A DNA stretch of 63,382 nucleotides, the filler included, from an uncultured bacterium (GTDB lineage: Bacteria > CAZSTA01): NCBI GenBank assembly GCA_964609495.1. It is 23 parts of 23 records of this genome, joined end to end, with 100 filler letters (N's around TTAATTAATTAA, not from the genome) between each part and the next. Parts side by side here need not be neighbours in the genome. Positions count along the whole stretch, not along the records: positions 17,895 to 20,663 come from CAZSTA010000294.1; positions 20,764 to 23,512 come from CAZSTA010000295.1; positions 23,613 to 26,361 come from CAZSTA010000296.1; positions 26,462 to 29,209 come from CAZSTA010000297.1; positions 29,310 to 31,940 come from CAZSTA010000299.1; 18 more parts are not named here. One strand, given 5' to 3'. This document shows, one piece after another, positions 20,580-32,040 of this stretch (its first letter is position 1; each line of letters begins with the position of its first letter). The notes beneath the pieces are model-generated. The model searched no databases. It was given only the letters and a program-made list of their open reading frames with translations, and was not told the DNA's origin. The position numbers were made by a program, and so were the translations under genes.

Positions 20580-20763
20580 GTAGCTCCAAGTAAGCAATTG
20601 GTTATTCTTATTCGATAGGCCAAGAGGGAATTATCTCATCTATCTCTTCCATCAATCGCTTTGNNNNNNNNNNNNNNNNNNNNNNNNNNNNNNNNNNNNN
20701 NNNNNNNTTAATTAATTAANNNNNNNNNNNNNNNNNNNNNNNNNNNNNNNNNNNNNNNNNNNN

Positions 20764-21274
20764 GGGAACTATAGCTGGTTTCCTATATGATATTAAGTTG
20801 AAAAGAACGATCTTCAGTTGGCTTCCTTTCATCCTAGCTTATCCAATGCTAGCTATTTGGATATGGGTGATATTAGCGAGTTTCAATCCGGTGTTGCTCT
20901 GGCTCTATCTGATAGGCGGTTCTCTCTTCGTGGGGATACATATAACCAATACCTTGCCAGATCTAGAGTTAGATAAAGAGACTATGGAGCAAGTCCAGGG
21001 GCTAGTTCATGTTATAGGTAGAAGTAGAGCTATATCTCTATGTCGCTTCTGTTTTCTTACCTCCCCTCTCCTAGCTATACTTATATCTCCTGTTCTAAAA
21101 TATAATTATAGCATCCTTTTTCCCTTCATCTCAATCAGCCTTTTCCTCACCGTTATCAGCTTCCTTCTCTACCGTCGAGCTCAAAATTCTTCGATGCTTA
21201 TTTACATCTATAGATTGCTCTCTGTTAATGCTCTTCTCTTCACAACAGGCTGGATTGCGGCCGTTACTTTTTAA
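20764..21274 (+). CDS. UbiA-family prenyltransferase, C-terminal part
   Basis: YDIKLKRT..SWLPF, HITNTLPDLELD aspartate-rich motif, multiple TM segments. Confidence 0.75.
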
Positions 21275-21327
21275 CCTATAGCTCCCTTCAAGCACCTCCA
21301 AATTATTAAGTAGGGTGATGAAGCTCT

Positions 21328-23373
21328 ATGAAAGGAACTAAGATCCTTCTCATCGAGACTGGAACTTTAAAAGAGGAAAATTTAGGCGAAGAACTATCCG
21401 CTGAAAACTATGATCTTCAAATCTCACGAAACATCTCTGATGCCCAGAGAAAGTTGAAAAGCAATGATTTCGATATAGTTATGATGGATTTAGATTCTCT
21501 GGGTAGAGAGAGGGCTCGCATCCTTGATAGGGTGAAGAACACCGCTTCTAAAACCCAAGTGATCGCATTTGGGAATGGAATAAGTACTGAGAGCGCGGTA
21601 TCTGCTATGAAAGAGGGAGTGTTGGATTATATCCTCCCCCCTTTTCAAAAAGAGGAGATATCACTCACCATAGAAAGGGCTTTGGAGAAGGCTAAATTGG
21701 AAAGGGAAAGAGAAAGATATGCTGAGAATTTAGATGATAAGATCAAGGAACTTCAGCTTCTCCAGAAGATAAATACGGTGTTGAATAACACTATGAATCT
21801 GGATGAGATACTGGAGATAATAGTCGATGGTATCACTCGTATCCTCGGCTATAACGCCGCAGGGATAACCCTGTTAAATGAGGATAAGACCTATTTTGTA
21901 GTAAAGAAGTTCTACATAGATTCTGTCATCGTGAATAAGTTGGAGAAGCTATTACGTTTCTCTATTCTAGGAGCTGCTGTTCCTATAAAGGATGGCAATT
22001 TATCCCAAAGGGTTTTGGAAGAGAAGAAGCCCATCTTAACTCCAGATGTTATGATAAATATCAGAGATCTAGCCCTTAGCCGAAATATGGAAAGGCTTAT
22101 AAAGCCAGTAGCGAATCTGCTGGGAGTGAGATCGGGCTTGATTATCCCTCTTCTAGCTGAAGGAGAGGTGATCGGGACCTTAGCTGTCGGTAGTCAGCGA
22201 CAGCTAACAGAATCAGATATAGAGAGATTGACGGTCTTCACCGGGCATGCCAGCTTAGCGATTCAAAAGGCAAAGTTATATAACGAATTGCTCGAATCTA
22301 GAGAGTTCCTAAATAATATAATTCAAAGTTCTGTGGATGGGATAATAGTTACCGATATGGAGATGAAGATAAAGATGATCAACCGAGCTATGCTCTCTCT
22401 TCTAGGCTATAGAGAGAGTGAGCTTATAGGAAGATCAGTCTTAGAGCTAACCCCTCCAAGATATAGAGATAATAACGAATTGCTTAATAAGTTTCAAGAG
22501 TTGTTATCGAAAGAAAAGATCGATTATTTCGAGGGAGAGATGGTCAACAAAGCAGGAGAGGAGATCCCCATTGGGATCTCTTTAGCTCTAATGAGAAATA
22601 ACGAGGGACAAGCTAGTGGTATGGTAGGGACTATTCATGATCTGAGAGAGATGAAGAGGTTAGAACGGAAGCTAATTCAATCAGAGCGCCTAGCGGCAGT
22701 AGGGGGTCTAGCCGCAGGAACTGCCCATGAGATCAACAATCCTTTAGCTAATATTATGATCTATGCTCAGATGGCGAGGAGAAAATTGGATGATGATAGC
22801 CTTATTAAAAGTAATTTGGAGGTCATTGAGGAGCAAGCCTCTATGGCTAAGAGGATAGTTTCCAATCTCCTCAAATTCTCCCGCCAGTCCAATCCTATCC
22901 TTCGAAAGACTGATTTGAACGATTCTATTAATTCCGTGCTAAGACTGTTGAGATACTCCCTAGAGGCAAAGGGGATAGAGGTCCAGACCGACCTCCAAGA
23001 AGATCTCCCTTGTGTGGAGGCAGATCCTGGACAATTAGAGCAAGTATTTACTAATATAATAGTCAATGCTAAAGATGCGATGGCGAGAAATGGCGGGAAG
23101 TTAACTGTTCGAACTCGTTACAACGATAGGGCAAATATGATCGAAGTGATCTTCTCTGATACCGGGGAAGGCATCCCTCCGGAGAATATTCCTCGCCTCT
23201 TTGATCCCTTCTTCACCACTAAAGAGGTGAGAGAGGGAACAGGATTAGGATTATCGGTAAGTCACGGAATAATCGAGGATCACAAAGGGACGATCGAGGT
23301 GGAAAGCAAAGTGGGGGTAGGAAGCTCCTTTATAGTAAAGCTCCCTGCTCTACCCCAAAATCGAGAGATATAG
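21328..23373 (+). CDS. hybrid histidine kinase (REC-GAF-PAS-HisKA-HATPase)
   Basis: N-terminal receiver-like domain, GAF, PAS (DGIIVTD), AHEINNPL, GTGLGL. Confidence 0.94.
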   Translation: MKGTKILLIETGTLKEENLGEELSAENYDLQISRNISDAQRKLKSNDFDIVMMDLDSLGRERARILDRVKNTASKTQVIAFGNGISTESAVSAMKEGVLDYILPPFQKEEISLTIERALEKAKLERERERYAENLDDKIKELQLLQKINTVLNNTMNLDEILEIIVDGITRILGYNAAGITLLNEDKTYFVVKKFYIDSVIVNKLEKLLRFSILGAAVPIKDGNLSQRVLEEKKPILTPDVMINIRDLALSRNMERLIKPVANLLGVRSGLIIPLLAEGEVIGTLAVGSQRQLTESDIERLTVFTGHASLAIQKAKLYNELLESREFLNNIIQSSVDGIIVTDMEMKIKMINRAMLSLLGYRESELIGRSVLELTPPRYRDNNELLNKFQELLSKEKIDYFEGEMVNKAGEEIPIGISLALMRNNEGQASGMVGTIHDLREMKRLERKLIQSERLAAVGGLAAGTAHEINNPLANIMIYAQMARRKLDDDSLIKSNLEVIEEQASMAKRIVSNLLKFSRQSNPILRKTDLNDSINSVLRLLRYSLEAKGIEVQTDLQEDLPCVEADPGQLEQVFTNIIVNAKDAMARNGGKLTVRTRYNDRANMIEVIFSDTGEGIPPENIPRLFDPFFTTKEVREGTGLGLSVSHGIIEDHKGTIEVESKVGVGSSFIVKLPALPQNREI

Positions 23374-23412
23374 GGAGTCTCCCCCTGCTCGGAGTTAGAA
23401 AGGTGATAATTT

Positions 23413-23512
23413 ATGGCAAACAAAGTGAAGATCTTCGTCATAGATGATGATCCCTGGCTCAGAGAGGGACTATCGAATTGGCTACAAGAGGAGGGATATG
23501 AGGTCTGGCCGA
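23413..23512 (+). CDS. response regulator receiver domain, N-terminal fragment
   Basis: MANKVKIFVIDDDPWLREGLSNWLQEEGYEV, RBS AAGGTGA. Confidence 0.8.
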
Positions 23513-23612
23513 NNNNNNNNNNNNNNNNNNNNNNNNNNNNNNNNNNNNNNNNNNNNTTAATTAATTAANNNNNNNNNNNNNNNNNNNNNNNNNNNNNNNN
23601 NNNNNNNNNNNN

Positions 23613-26178
23613 TTCCAGAAGGCGCTCCCTTAACTCCGATAACCGCATGAGCATATCTAAACAACCCCTGAACGCTTTGAGAGGCCCCTATAAGCTTCAA
23701 GGCTTCTACCGCATCCTCCGTCAAGCTCCCCGAAGCTTCATCCGCAACTGCCACTATCACTACCCTCCCAGAAGGGATCTGGTTTATGAAATCTGCCAAC
23801 TTGTGAGAAGCCTCAGTTGAACCACAAGTATCAAATATAAGAGTATCTTCGATCTCTCCACTATTATTATCTAACACTATAATATTATATCCCCTAATAT
23901 AAGGGTTGCCTTTAGGAGAGACATCTGCCCATTCTAAATATATATTAGCATAAGCTCCATCTTCAAAACCAGCGCTTTGAACCATCATATCTATTGGAGA
24001 TATTACCCCAGTATCCCCTATCTTCCCATCAAGCACAATCCTGACTCCTCTTATCTTCAGTAGAGTTAATATCTCCGATAGGGAGGCTAGACGATATAGA
24101 TGGGGCTTAGCATAAGGGGGAATTATCCCTAAAGAGACGGTATAATCAGCTACTCTATCCTTAATAAGCCCTCCTCCTAAGCTATTATCTACAACGATCT
24201 TATCTGGATAAAGCCTCGCCTCCTCCAGGTGATCCTTCACCAGTTTATAAGCTTTATCGAAGATATCCTCTACCTGCTCAGGTTTTATCTCCTCAAACTC
24301 ACCATTCCCTTTATATTTATAAGCAGCAATGTCTTTATGCTCTTCTAAAGAGGTAAAAAGTTTATCCCAATTGCTAAACACTATATGCTTGAGATCGAAC
24401 AATTTGGGATAGAGCTTAGCAGGATTAATTCCAGTTAGAGCGATATTATAATCGAGCAGATGTATCTCCTTACCCTTAGCAGAACTATCAAGCTTCTTCA
24501 GATATTCCACTTCAACTTTTCCTCTATTGGCATACTCCCAATATGGTTTCAGAGTAACATGCAGATTCTGTAAATTAGATAAGATTATAAGAACAACCAA
24601 CATTAAAACTATAAACTTACCTAGTTTATCAGAAGATAAATTATACATCTCCATCAGAATATAAGCTAAGATTATTGAGAAACCTATAGAAGCTCCATAT
24701 AAAAATCTAGACGGATAAGCCCAGCCTTCCCTTAGAAAGAAAGAGAAAGGGAAATAGTATATAAGCATAAACAGGATAAAGAATATAGTTTCATATAGAT
24801 GTTCCTTTAGAGAGGAAAACATCCTCCTGAGGAAGGAAATAAAGTTGCTACTTAGTCCCACTATAGCAACAATCACTACGAGAATTATGATAGCGGCACT
24901 AATACTATTCCAGAGATCATCGAACACCCCCTTTGGATAATAGAGAGATAAAGATTTGAGGATTAAATTTGAGTATAATGCCTTCACATAGTTACTTAGA
25001 AAATGCCATCCGAAGACATATATCCTCATCTCTACTATAGGTCGCCGATAGAATATGACAGCCCTAAGATATATAATATAGACAGTCCAAATTATCCCAA
25101 AAGGGATAAAAATCTTAATATTAATAGGCTTCGCTCTATTCTTGAGCGAGTAGTATAATTCGTATAGAAATAGCATAACTATAAGAGTTATACCTGTCTC
25201 TTTGATAAGGAGAGGAATAACAAATAAGCTAAGAGAAATATAATAATATTTAATCAAACCTGTCTCCTTATACTTTATAAAAGATAGGAGAGTTAGAAGA
25301 TAGAAGAAAGTTAGGAGTACCGTCGTATTAGCCATGATCCGGGCAATCGCTTCCCACTTGATATAGAGAAGAGAGAACAATACTCCTGATAAAAATGCGA
25401 TCTTTCTATCACCATAAAATTTGATGGTCAAGTAATATACTAAAATACAGTTCGCTATATGCGTAACTATATTTACTATATGATAATAAGTATAATTGAC
25501 TTCGAACAAGTTATAAAGTAATATAAGTAATAAATTCACTAGAGGACGGAACCCACCTCCAAAAGCCAAATGGAATCTATGTTTGAATCCTCTCAACCCT
25601 TTCATACCAATCTCTACCCAATAAAAATCATCAGCAATGAAGAAGATATCGATAGTTCTCCAATAGATTGTAACCACTATAGTGGCTATTATAGTAATAT
25701 ATATCCAATCCCTTTTGTCACTCTTTATAAGATGTCTATAGAGATTATGTATTATGGTGATAGGCCCCAAACGGAGATATTTATACGGTAGTAGGATCTT
25801 AAGGAGAACGACAGATACTGAACATAACAGTAATAAAGCTCTTCCTAAATAATCGATACTATATTTGAATTGGATTATATATAATAATAGGATCAAGGTG
25901 GGTAGATAGCTGAGCGAATCTATCTTTAAGATATCCTTTAGTTCTACATTGGACAGGAGAGAATAGATCACCGAGTAGAATATCCATATAACCCAGAAGC
26001 ACAAGGCAAATAAGTAGGGTTCAGGATACTTGAAGAGATTGATATCATAAGGTCTGCCGTAGTGCATCCCTTGCTTAATCATCTGGAGGAATAGACCAGC
26101 ACAGATCCCACAAATGATAACAATGAGGCTGTATTTTAGATTCTTCACATTATAGAAGAATTTCTTCAACCTTATCAT
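23613..26178 (-). CDS. GT-C (ArnT/PMT-like) membrane glycosyltransferase with C-terminal ILEI/PANDER domain (3' truncated)
   Basis: FIADDF..FRPL..YHIVN..KE..RFLY in the multi-TM region; SAGFEDG..RGYNIIVLD..FDT..VAVADEAS..FRYAHAVIGVKG. Confidence 0.8.
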
Positions 26179-26266
26179 TGAGCATCTTTCTCCTCTAGCT
26201 CTCCATTTTTAATACATAACTCAAGTGTCTGATTTGCAATAAGTATTGAGTATAAGATCTTAGGAG

Positions 26267-26361
26267 TTACTCCCTCTCCTCAGCCTTGCCGAATAGAATT
26301 ATCCCTACTGGATCATCTCCTAACACCTCTAAAGCTGTTCCAGAAGGCGCTCCCTTAACTC
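26267..26361 (-). CDS. C-terminus of an ILEI-domain protein
   Basis: VKGAPSGTALEVLGDDPVGIILFGKAEERE*; 24 nt identical to the truncated end of the adjacent gene. Confidence 0.7.
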
Positions 26362-26492
26362 NNNNNNNNNNNNNNNNNNNNNNNNNNNNNNNNNNNNNNN
26401 NNNNNTTAATTAATTAANNNNNNNNNNNNNNNNNNNNNNNNNNNNNNNNNNNNNNNNNNNNTTGATAGCCTTATTAATTCAGCAATAACCAA

Positions 26493-26517
26493 GATGGGAG
26501 GGGTTAGGGAAGGGTGA
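26493..26517 (+). repeat. REP-like repeat, type-B half
   Basis: GATGGGAGGGGTTAGGGAAGGGTGA. Confidence 0.7.
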
Positions 26518-26537
26518 TTTAAACAATCCCCTCTACA

Positions 26538-27575
26538 CTAAGGGATAACTACTGCTTTAAGGATGTTATCCTTGCCCTCTCGAGCAAAGTTAATCGCTTT
26601 CTCAGTCTCCTCCAAAGTGAACCTATGAGTTATAAGGGATTTGGCATCGATCTTCTTAGTTGCCAATAACCAGAGCGAGGTGGGATAATCATGACAAAAT
26701 CCTAAGATCCCCAGTAATCTCATCTGCTGGAGTGTGATCTTGCTCAAGTTTATCTCATCAGCGTCTCGTCCAGTAAAGCCGATGATCATTATCGTGCCTC
26801 CACTACGAGTTAGATCGACCGTTTGAGCTATAGTCTGAGGAGCTCCGACCGCCTCGATGACATAATCAGCCCCTTCTCCACTGGTGATATCCTTAACTAC
26901 CTCGACTAAGTTCTCCTCCTTAACGTTGACAACATAATCCACTCCCAGCTTTTTGGCTAGCTCTAGTTTGAAGGGAACTATATCTGCTATCAGAACTCTT
27001 GCCCCCGCCTGTTTGGCAACTTGCATAGTGAACATTCCAATAGTTCCCGCACCTATTACCACAACCATATCTCCAACTTGAATGCCACATCTCTTCGTTG
27101 CCCGAACTCCGACAGATAAAGGCTCGGTCAAAGCTCCCTCTTCAAAGCTCACCCCTTCTGGCAGAGGAAAGACGAAATCACCATTAGCTAAGACATATTC
27201 AGCGAATGCTCCGTCAACGTTATGGCCTATGATCTTAGCATGACGACAGGTGTTATATTCTCCCCGCTGACAATTAGGACACTCTCCACAAACGTAAAAG
27301 AAGGTCTCTACTGCTACCTTCTGTCCGATCTCAAACCCTTTCACCTCTTCTCCCATATCAGCGATAGGTCCAGAACACTCATGCCCTAAGATAATGGGGG
27401 GAGTGATCATAGGATGCTTTCCCAAATAACCAGAAACATCACTGCGACATACTCCTATAGCCTTTACCTCGACTAGAACCTCATTACCCTTAGGTTTGGG
27501 AATCGGAATATCTTCGATAACTATCTTCTGAGTGTCTGCTAGAATAGCTGCTCTCATTTTATCAGCCATAATCAA
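26538..27575 (-). CDS. Zn-dependent medium-chain (polyol/threonine-type) dehydrogenase
   Basis: GVCRSD, LGHE, CGECPNC..C structural Zn site, GAGTIG. Confidence 0.95.
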   Translation of the reverse strand: MIMADKMRAAILADTQKIVIEDIPIPKPKGNEVLVEVKAIGVCRSDVSGYLGKHPMITPPIILGHECSGPIADMGEEVKGFEIGQKVAVETFFYVCGECPNCQRGEYNTCRHAKIIGHNVDGAFAEYVLANGDFVFPLPEGVSFEEGALTEPLSVGVRATKRCGIQVGDMVVVIGAGTIGMFTMQVAKQAGARVLIADIVPFKLELAKKLGVDYVVNVKEENLVEVVKDITSGEGADYVIEAVGAPQTIAQTVDLTRSGGTIMIIGFTGRDADEINLSKITLQQMRLLGILGFCHDYPTSLWLLATKKIDAKSLITHRFTLEETEKAINFAREGKDNILKAVVIP

Positions 27576-29062
27576 TATTCCTCTCCTGTAATTAAAACTT
27601 TTCCCTCGGAGGCAAGCCGCTCCATCTCCTCGGCACTCTTAGCCTCCAGATAGCATCTGATCACTGGCTCTGTGCCAGAGGGACGAATCGCCAACCAACC
27701 TCCATCATCCAAAATGAACTTGTATCCATCAAGAGTCACCACCTCTTTAACCTTCCTTCCCGCCAAAGTTTGAGGTGGATTGTCCCTTAATTCCTCAAAC
27801 AACCCTTCCTTTCTCTCCTCGGAGACACGAAGGTTCATTCTATCACAGATCGTTACTCCCACCTCATCATATATATCTTGGAGTATTTGAGATAGCGTCT
27901 TCCCCTCAAGGGCAACTAGCTCTGCTACTAAGAGACAAGCCAAGATTCCATCCTTCTCAGGAACATGGCCACGGATAGTTAGTCCTCCACTCTCCTCTCC
28001 TCCCATGATGAAGGTATCAGGATGCTCAACCATATACTGCCCGATATACTTGAAGCCGACCTTCGTCTCTACTACCTCGATCCCATATCTTTCTGCAAGC
28101 TCATCTATAAGATGCGTGGTAACTACTGTCCTTACTACCTCCCCTTTCCAGCCCCTGTTCCGAACAAGATGACGCAGAAGAAGGGATATCACATAATTAG
28201 GATCGATATACCTTCCATCACTATCCACGATCCCGAATCTATCAGCATCTCCATCAGTTCCTAGTCCTAACACCGCCTCTGAGTTTCGCACTAACTCTAT
28301 CAGATCGGGTACATTTTCCTCCGCAGGTTCAGGAGGAACACCTCCCAAAAAAGGATCAAGGCTATTATTAAGGACCTTGACCTCACATCCTAAATCCTCA
28401 AGAATAGCATCAAGATAATTCCTACCAGTCCCGTACATAACATCTACTACAACCTTCAGCTTTGCCCTTCTAATAGCATCCTTATCGATCAGAGAACCGA
28501 TCCGCTCAAGGTATTTCTCTCGCGGATCGATATATTCTAACAACCCCTTATCTAAAGCCTCCTCTTTAGATAACTCCCTCGGCAGATCACCCTTAAAAGG
28601 GAACTTTTGCTTCAAATAGGACTCAAGGTAAAAAAGTTCCTTTTTTTGCCTAAGCTCATTAGCTCGATACTCAATTTTCTCTGTTGTCCTGGGCAGGGCT
28701 GGACCTCCCCAGTCCGGGGAGAATTTAATCCCACTATAATAAAATGGATTATGGCTAGCGGTAATATTAATTCCTCCCGCCGCCTTTCGGGAAACGATCT
28801 CGTAGGCGATAGAAGGAGTAGGAGAATCACGATCGGTTAGGAAAGCCTTCATCCCATTGCCCGCCATAACTAAAGCCGAGGCTTCCGCGAATCTATCCCC
28901 GAGGAATCTAGTGTCATATCCAACTATAACTCCTCTATCCTGGAGCCCCTCGGATATTATATAATCGGCGATCGCCTGAGCCACGATCTTAACGTTAAGA
29001 AAGGTGAACTCATCTGCGATCACTTCTCTCCATCCCGAAGTCCCAAATTTGATCTTGGACAA
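27572..29062 (-). CDS. phosphoglucomutase/phosphomannomutase family protein
   Basis: FGTSGWR, ITASHNP, DGDADRFG, GGEESGG, RPSGTEP. Confidence 0.96.
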   Translation of the reverse strand: MSKIKFGTSGWREVIADEFTFLNVKIVAQAIADYIISEGLQDRGVIVGYDTRFLGDRFAEASALVMAGNGMKAFLTDRDSPTPSIAYEIVSRKAAGGINITASHNPFYYSGIKFSPDWGGPALPRTTEKIEYRANELRQKKELFYLESYLKQKFPFKGDLPRELSKEEALDKGLLEYIDPREKYLERIGSLIDKDAIRRAKLKVVVDVMYGTGRNYLDAILEDLGCEVKVLNNSLDPFLGGVPPEPAEENVPDLIELVRNSEAVLGLGTDGDADRFGIVDSDGRYIDPNYVISLLLRHLVRNRGWKGEVVRTVVTTHLIDELAERYGIEVVETKVGFKYIGQYMVEHPDTFIMGGEESGGLTIRGHVPEKDGILACLLVAELVALEGKTLSQILQDIYDEVGVTICDRMNLRVSEERKEGLFEELRDNPPQTLAGRKVKEVVTLDGYKFILDDGGWLAIRPSGTEPVIRCYLEAKSAEEMERLASEGKVLITGEEY

Positions 29063-29176
29063 TTTATCACTCCTTTAAGAGGGAACTTTTGCAGGCAAAA
29101 ACATACAAGGTTAAAATTGGTTTTTGAACTTATAATCAAGGTATCATATTCTTAGTTAGGGAGTTAAAGACTAATT

Positions 29177-29209
29177 CCCCCCTCACCCTATCCCTCTCCC
29201 ACGAGGGGA
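29177..29209 (+). repeat. REP-like hairpin repeat at contig end
   Basis: CCCCCCTCACCCTATCCCTCTCCCACGAGGGGA. Confidence 0.9.
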
Positions 29210-29309
29210 NNNNNNNNNNNNNNNNNNNNNNNNNNNNNNNNNNNNNNNNNNNNTTAATTAATTAANNNNNNNNNNNNNNNNNNNNNNNNNNNNNNNNNNN
29301 NNNNNNNNN

Positions 29310-29486
29310 AGAAACACCCTTATTGTGATATTCAACTGGCTCATCCTGGCAGGAGTTGATAAGCCTAGCTACCACATCGGCCCAGCGATAATCCTGGCTC
29401 TCAATCCATCCTCCGCCCTGGACAGTACTTTCTCCCAGCACGACCATTGTGCGAAACGGCTCGTTCCACCAATCTTTTTTGCTCAA
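29310..29486 (-). CDS. SGNH/GDSL hydrolase, N-terminal fragment
   Basis: VVLGESTVQG block I, NKGVS block II. Confidence 0.75.
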
Positions 29487-29598
29487 TTAATCATTCCTCC
29501 ATTTCAATTTTTGATTTAGTCTTCCCTTCAAGCTATATTCCTATAAGCTCTCTTAGAGCCTCTAGACAATTAAATAGATACTAAGCTACTCTCCTTGA

Positions 29599-30414
29599 TC
29601 AAGACTCAAGAGAAGCGATCATATCACACAGGTAGCGATAATCGTGCTTCACCGCCTCTCTAGGCTTATCTTTAGCATCCTGAGTCAAACATTCGATAGA
29701 TAAATATCCAGAATAACCTATCTCCTTTAACCTCTTTAATATCGGTATGTAATTCATCTCTCCCTCGCCTAGGTTAGTAAATTCATATCCCCCATCGATA
29801 CGACGAGCATCCTTTATGTGGAAGTGCATAATCCTAGGTTTGAGAATGTCTATACTCTCTACTGGATCATCTCCACCTAGAAATACATTGCAGATATCGA
29901 GATTGACTCCGAACCAAGGAGAGGAGATATCACCTAGGATTCTCTGAGTAGATGAGGTGGTATCGCTTAACATCCGAAGATGAGTTTCAACCACGATTCT
30001 TACTCTCTCTTTCTCGGCAACCTTAACGCACTTCAAAATGGCTTCTTTGAAGTTGGCGAAATCCTCATCAGTAGCCTCAAGAGAGGAAGGACCACCGGGC
30101 ATTATCTTGACGATATCGGTATTAAAATATTTCGCCAAAGATATAAACTCGCAGGTCGAATCGATCGAATATTCACGTTGATCGGGATCGGTGAAATTGG
30201 TGAAGAGTGATAATGCGGAGACCTCTAATCCTGCTCTTTTTACCCATTTCATTATCTCCCTATGTTGTTCCTTAGCCATCTGTAAAGTCATATGAGGCTC
30301 TCTACAGGCGATCTCTATAGCCTCATATCCCACTTCCCCAGCTATCTTAATGGCTTCCCTTAAATCCACCGCCCATAAGCTTTGGGAAAATAAGCTGATC
30401 TTGAATCCTTCCAT
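29599..30414 (-). CDS. sugar phosphate isomerase/epimerase (xylose isomerase-like TIM barrel)
   Basis: GYEAIEI, VVETH, NLDICN, HFHIKD, GYSGYLSIE; start moved to the ATG after AAGGAG. Confidence 0.92.
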   Translation of the reverse strand: MEGFKISLFSQSLWAVDLREAIKIAGEVGYEAIEIACREPHMTLQMAKEQHREIMKWVKRAGLEVSALSLFTNFTDPDQREYSIDSTCEFISLAKYFNTDIVKIMPGGPSSLEATDEDFANFKEAILKCVKVAEKERVRIVVETHLRMLSDTTSSTQRILGDISSPWFGVNLDICNVFLGGDDPVESIDILKPRIMHFHIKDARRIDGGYEFTNLGEGEMNYIPILKRLKEIGYSGYLSIECLTQDAKDKPREAVKHDYRYLCDMIASLES

Positions 30415-30484
30415 CTCGTCCTCCTTGTCCTGGAAAGTAGAAAATAGTACCAATTACATCTGGCGTTATTTTCCGCTTTCTACC

Positions 30485-31444
30485 CTACGGTATTAAAGCT
30501 ATCTTAACCACCTTCTCAGGAGAGTTAAGGATCAAATCAAATGCTCTTTGAGCCTCCTCCAAGGGAAAGGTGTGAGTCAACATAGGCTTCAACTTAACCG
30601 AACCTTCCTGCACTAATTCTATCGTTTTATCAAGTAAATATGGAGTTTCCCAAGGTTGCTCTCTGGCTATAATTAGAGTGAAGGAAGTTCCCTCCCACCA
30701 TCCGAGATCTATGCATATCGGCTTGAGGTGAGTCCCAAAGATAACCAATCTTCCTCCCCTTTTAAGGGAGCCTTCGCAACTTCTAAAACTAGGTTCAGTG
30801 CCTACGCACTCGATAGCCGCCTCTACTCCTCCATCGGATGCTTCCCTAACTAGAGAGTAAACATCGGTATCCTCCTCCACCTTTATAGTTACATCTGCTC
30901 CTAACTCCCTGGCTAACTTCAACCTCTCCGCAAATTTATCCGCTACTATAACTGGAGAAGCTCCATAGGCTTTAGCTACCTGAGTGCATAATAATCCAGC
31001 CGGCCCCTGACCGCATACAAATACCGAGTCTCCCTCTCGGACTGACTTCTCAACACCTCGGATCGCGATCGGCATTAATTGTCCGATAGCTCCTTCCTCA
31101 AATCCGATGGAGTCGGGAAGTTCAACCGCTTGAGATTTATCAGTAACGCAATATTGGGCATAACCAGCTCTGGTGATTCGCAAAAGCACTCTATCGCCAA
31201 TCTTGAACTCGGTGACGCTCTTTCCTAAGCCTGCAACTATGCCAGTTACCTCATGTCCCCAAAGAGTAGGATAGCTCTCTCCCCACATCCTGATCCCCTT
31301 GAATATCTTCATATCGGTAGTATTACATATAGCACAAGCCTTCACTTGGACTAATATCTCATCATCATTTGGCTCTGGACGATCTACCTCTCGGATCTCG
31401 ATCTTCTCCTTATCCAACAGAACCAACGCCTTCATCTTCTCCAT
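30485..31444 (-). CDS. Zn-binding medium-chain dehydrogenase (lacks structural Zn lobe)
   Basis: AICNTTD, WGHE.TG, GQGPAG. Confidence 0.9.
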   Translation of the reverse strand: MEKMKALVLLDKEKIEIREVDRPEPNDDEILVQVKACAICNTTDMKIFKGIRMWGESYPTLWGHEVTGIVAGLGKSVTEFKIGDRVLLRITRAGYAQYCVTDKSQAVELPDSIGFEEGAIGQLMPIAIRGVEKSVREGDSVFVCGQGPAGLLCTQVAKAYGASPVIVADKFAERLKLARELGADVTIKVEEDTDVYSLVREASDGGVEAAIECVGTEPSFRSCEGSLKRGGRLVIFGTHLKPICIDLGWWEGTSFTLIIAREQPWETPYLLDKTIELVQEGSVKLKPMLTHTFPLEEAQRAFDLILNSPEKVVKIALIP

Positions 31445-31511
31445 AAATTCTCTCTCCCCTCGAGCATAATTACAGCTTGAATATAGAGCTATGTCTTCTA
31501 AAAAGAACAGA

Positions 31512-31536
31512 AGAGTGGAGATTGGATCTCCACTCT
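31512..31536 (-). terminator. hairpin / possible intrinsic terminator
   Basis: AGAGTGGAGAT-TGG-ATCTCCACTCT stem followed by TCTGTTCTTTT on the minus strand. Confidence 0.55.
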
Positions 31537-31554
31537 CCTAATATAACCTCGATA

Positions 31555-31940
31555 TCAATATTCGAACTCTATTATAGTGACGGAATGAGCAGGGAAGATG
31601 TATTCAAAATTGGCACTTGCGCCAGTTAACATCTTCTTAGTTATCTTCACTTTCTCCTTATCTTCAAAGGTATTTCTGGAAAGAGCATCAGGTCCGTTCA
31701 ATTCCCAAACTACCGCCTCCGACTTCACTCCCGCGTCGCTCAGCTCCAACTCAGTCTTGATGCTCTCATCTGGATCGCGATTGATCACCGCTACAAAGAG
31801 TCGCTTATTCTCTTTATCTAGCGAGGCTGAACAATCAAGGTAGGGAACTTTATCGTTAGGATGTATGTTGCCAAAGCCATCGATAGCATAACTATCACCA
31901 TCGACTTGTGATGAAATTAGAGTATCCCCGAAATGATCTA
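31555..31940 (-). CDS. alpha-L-arabinofuranosidase (GH51) C-terminal domain (5' truncated)
   Basis: VPYLDCSAS..LFVAVINRDPD..LNGPD..NTFE..FPAHSVT. Confidence 0.85.
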
Positions 31941-32040
31941 NNNNNNNNNNNNNNNNNNNNNNNNNNNNNNNNNNNNNNNNNNNNTTAATTAATTAANNNN
32001 NNNNNNNNNNNNNNNNNNNNNNNNNNNNNNNNNNNNNNNN

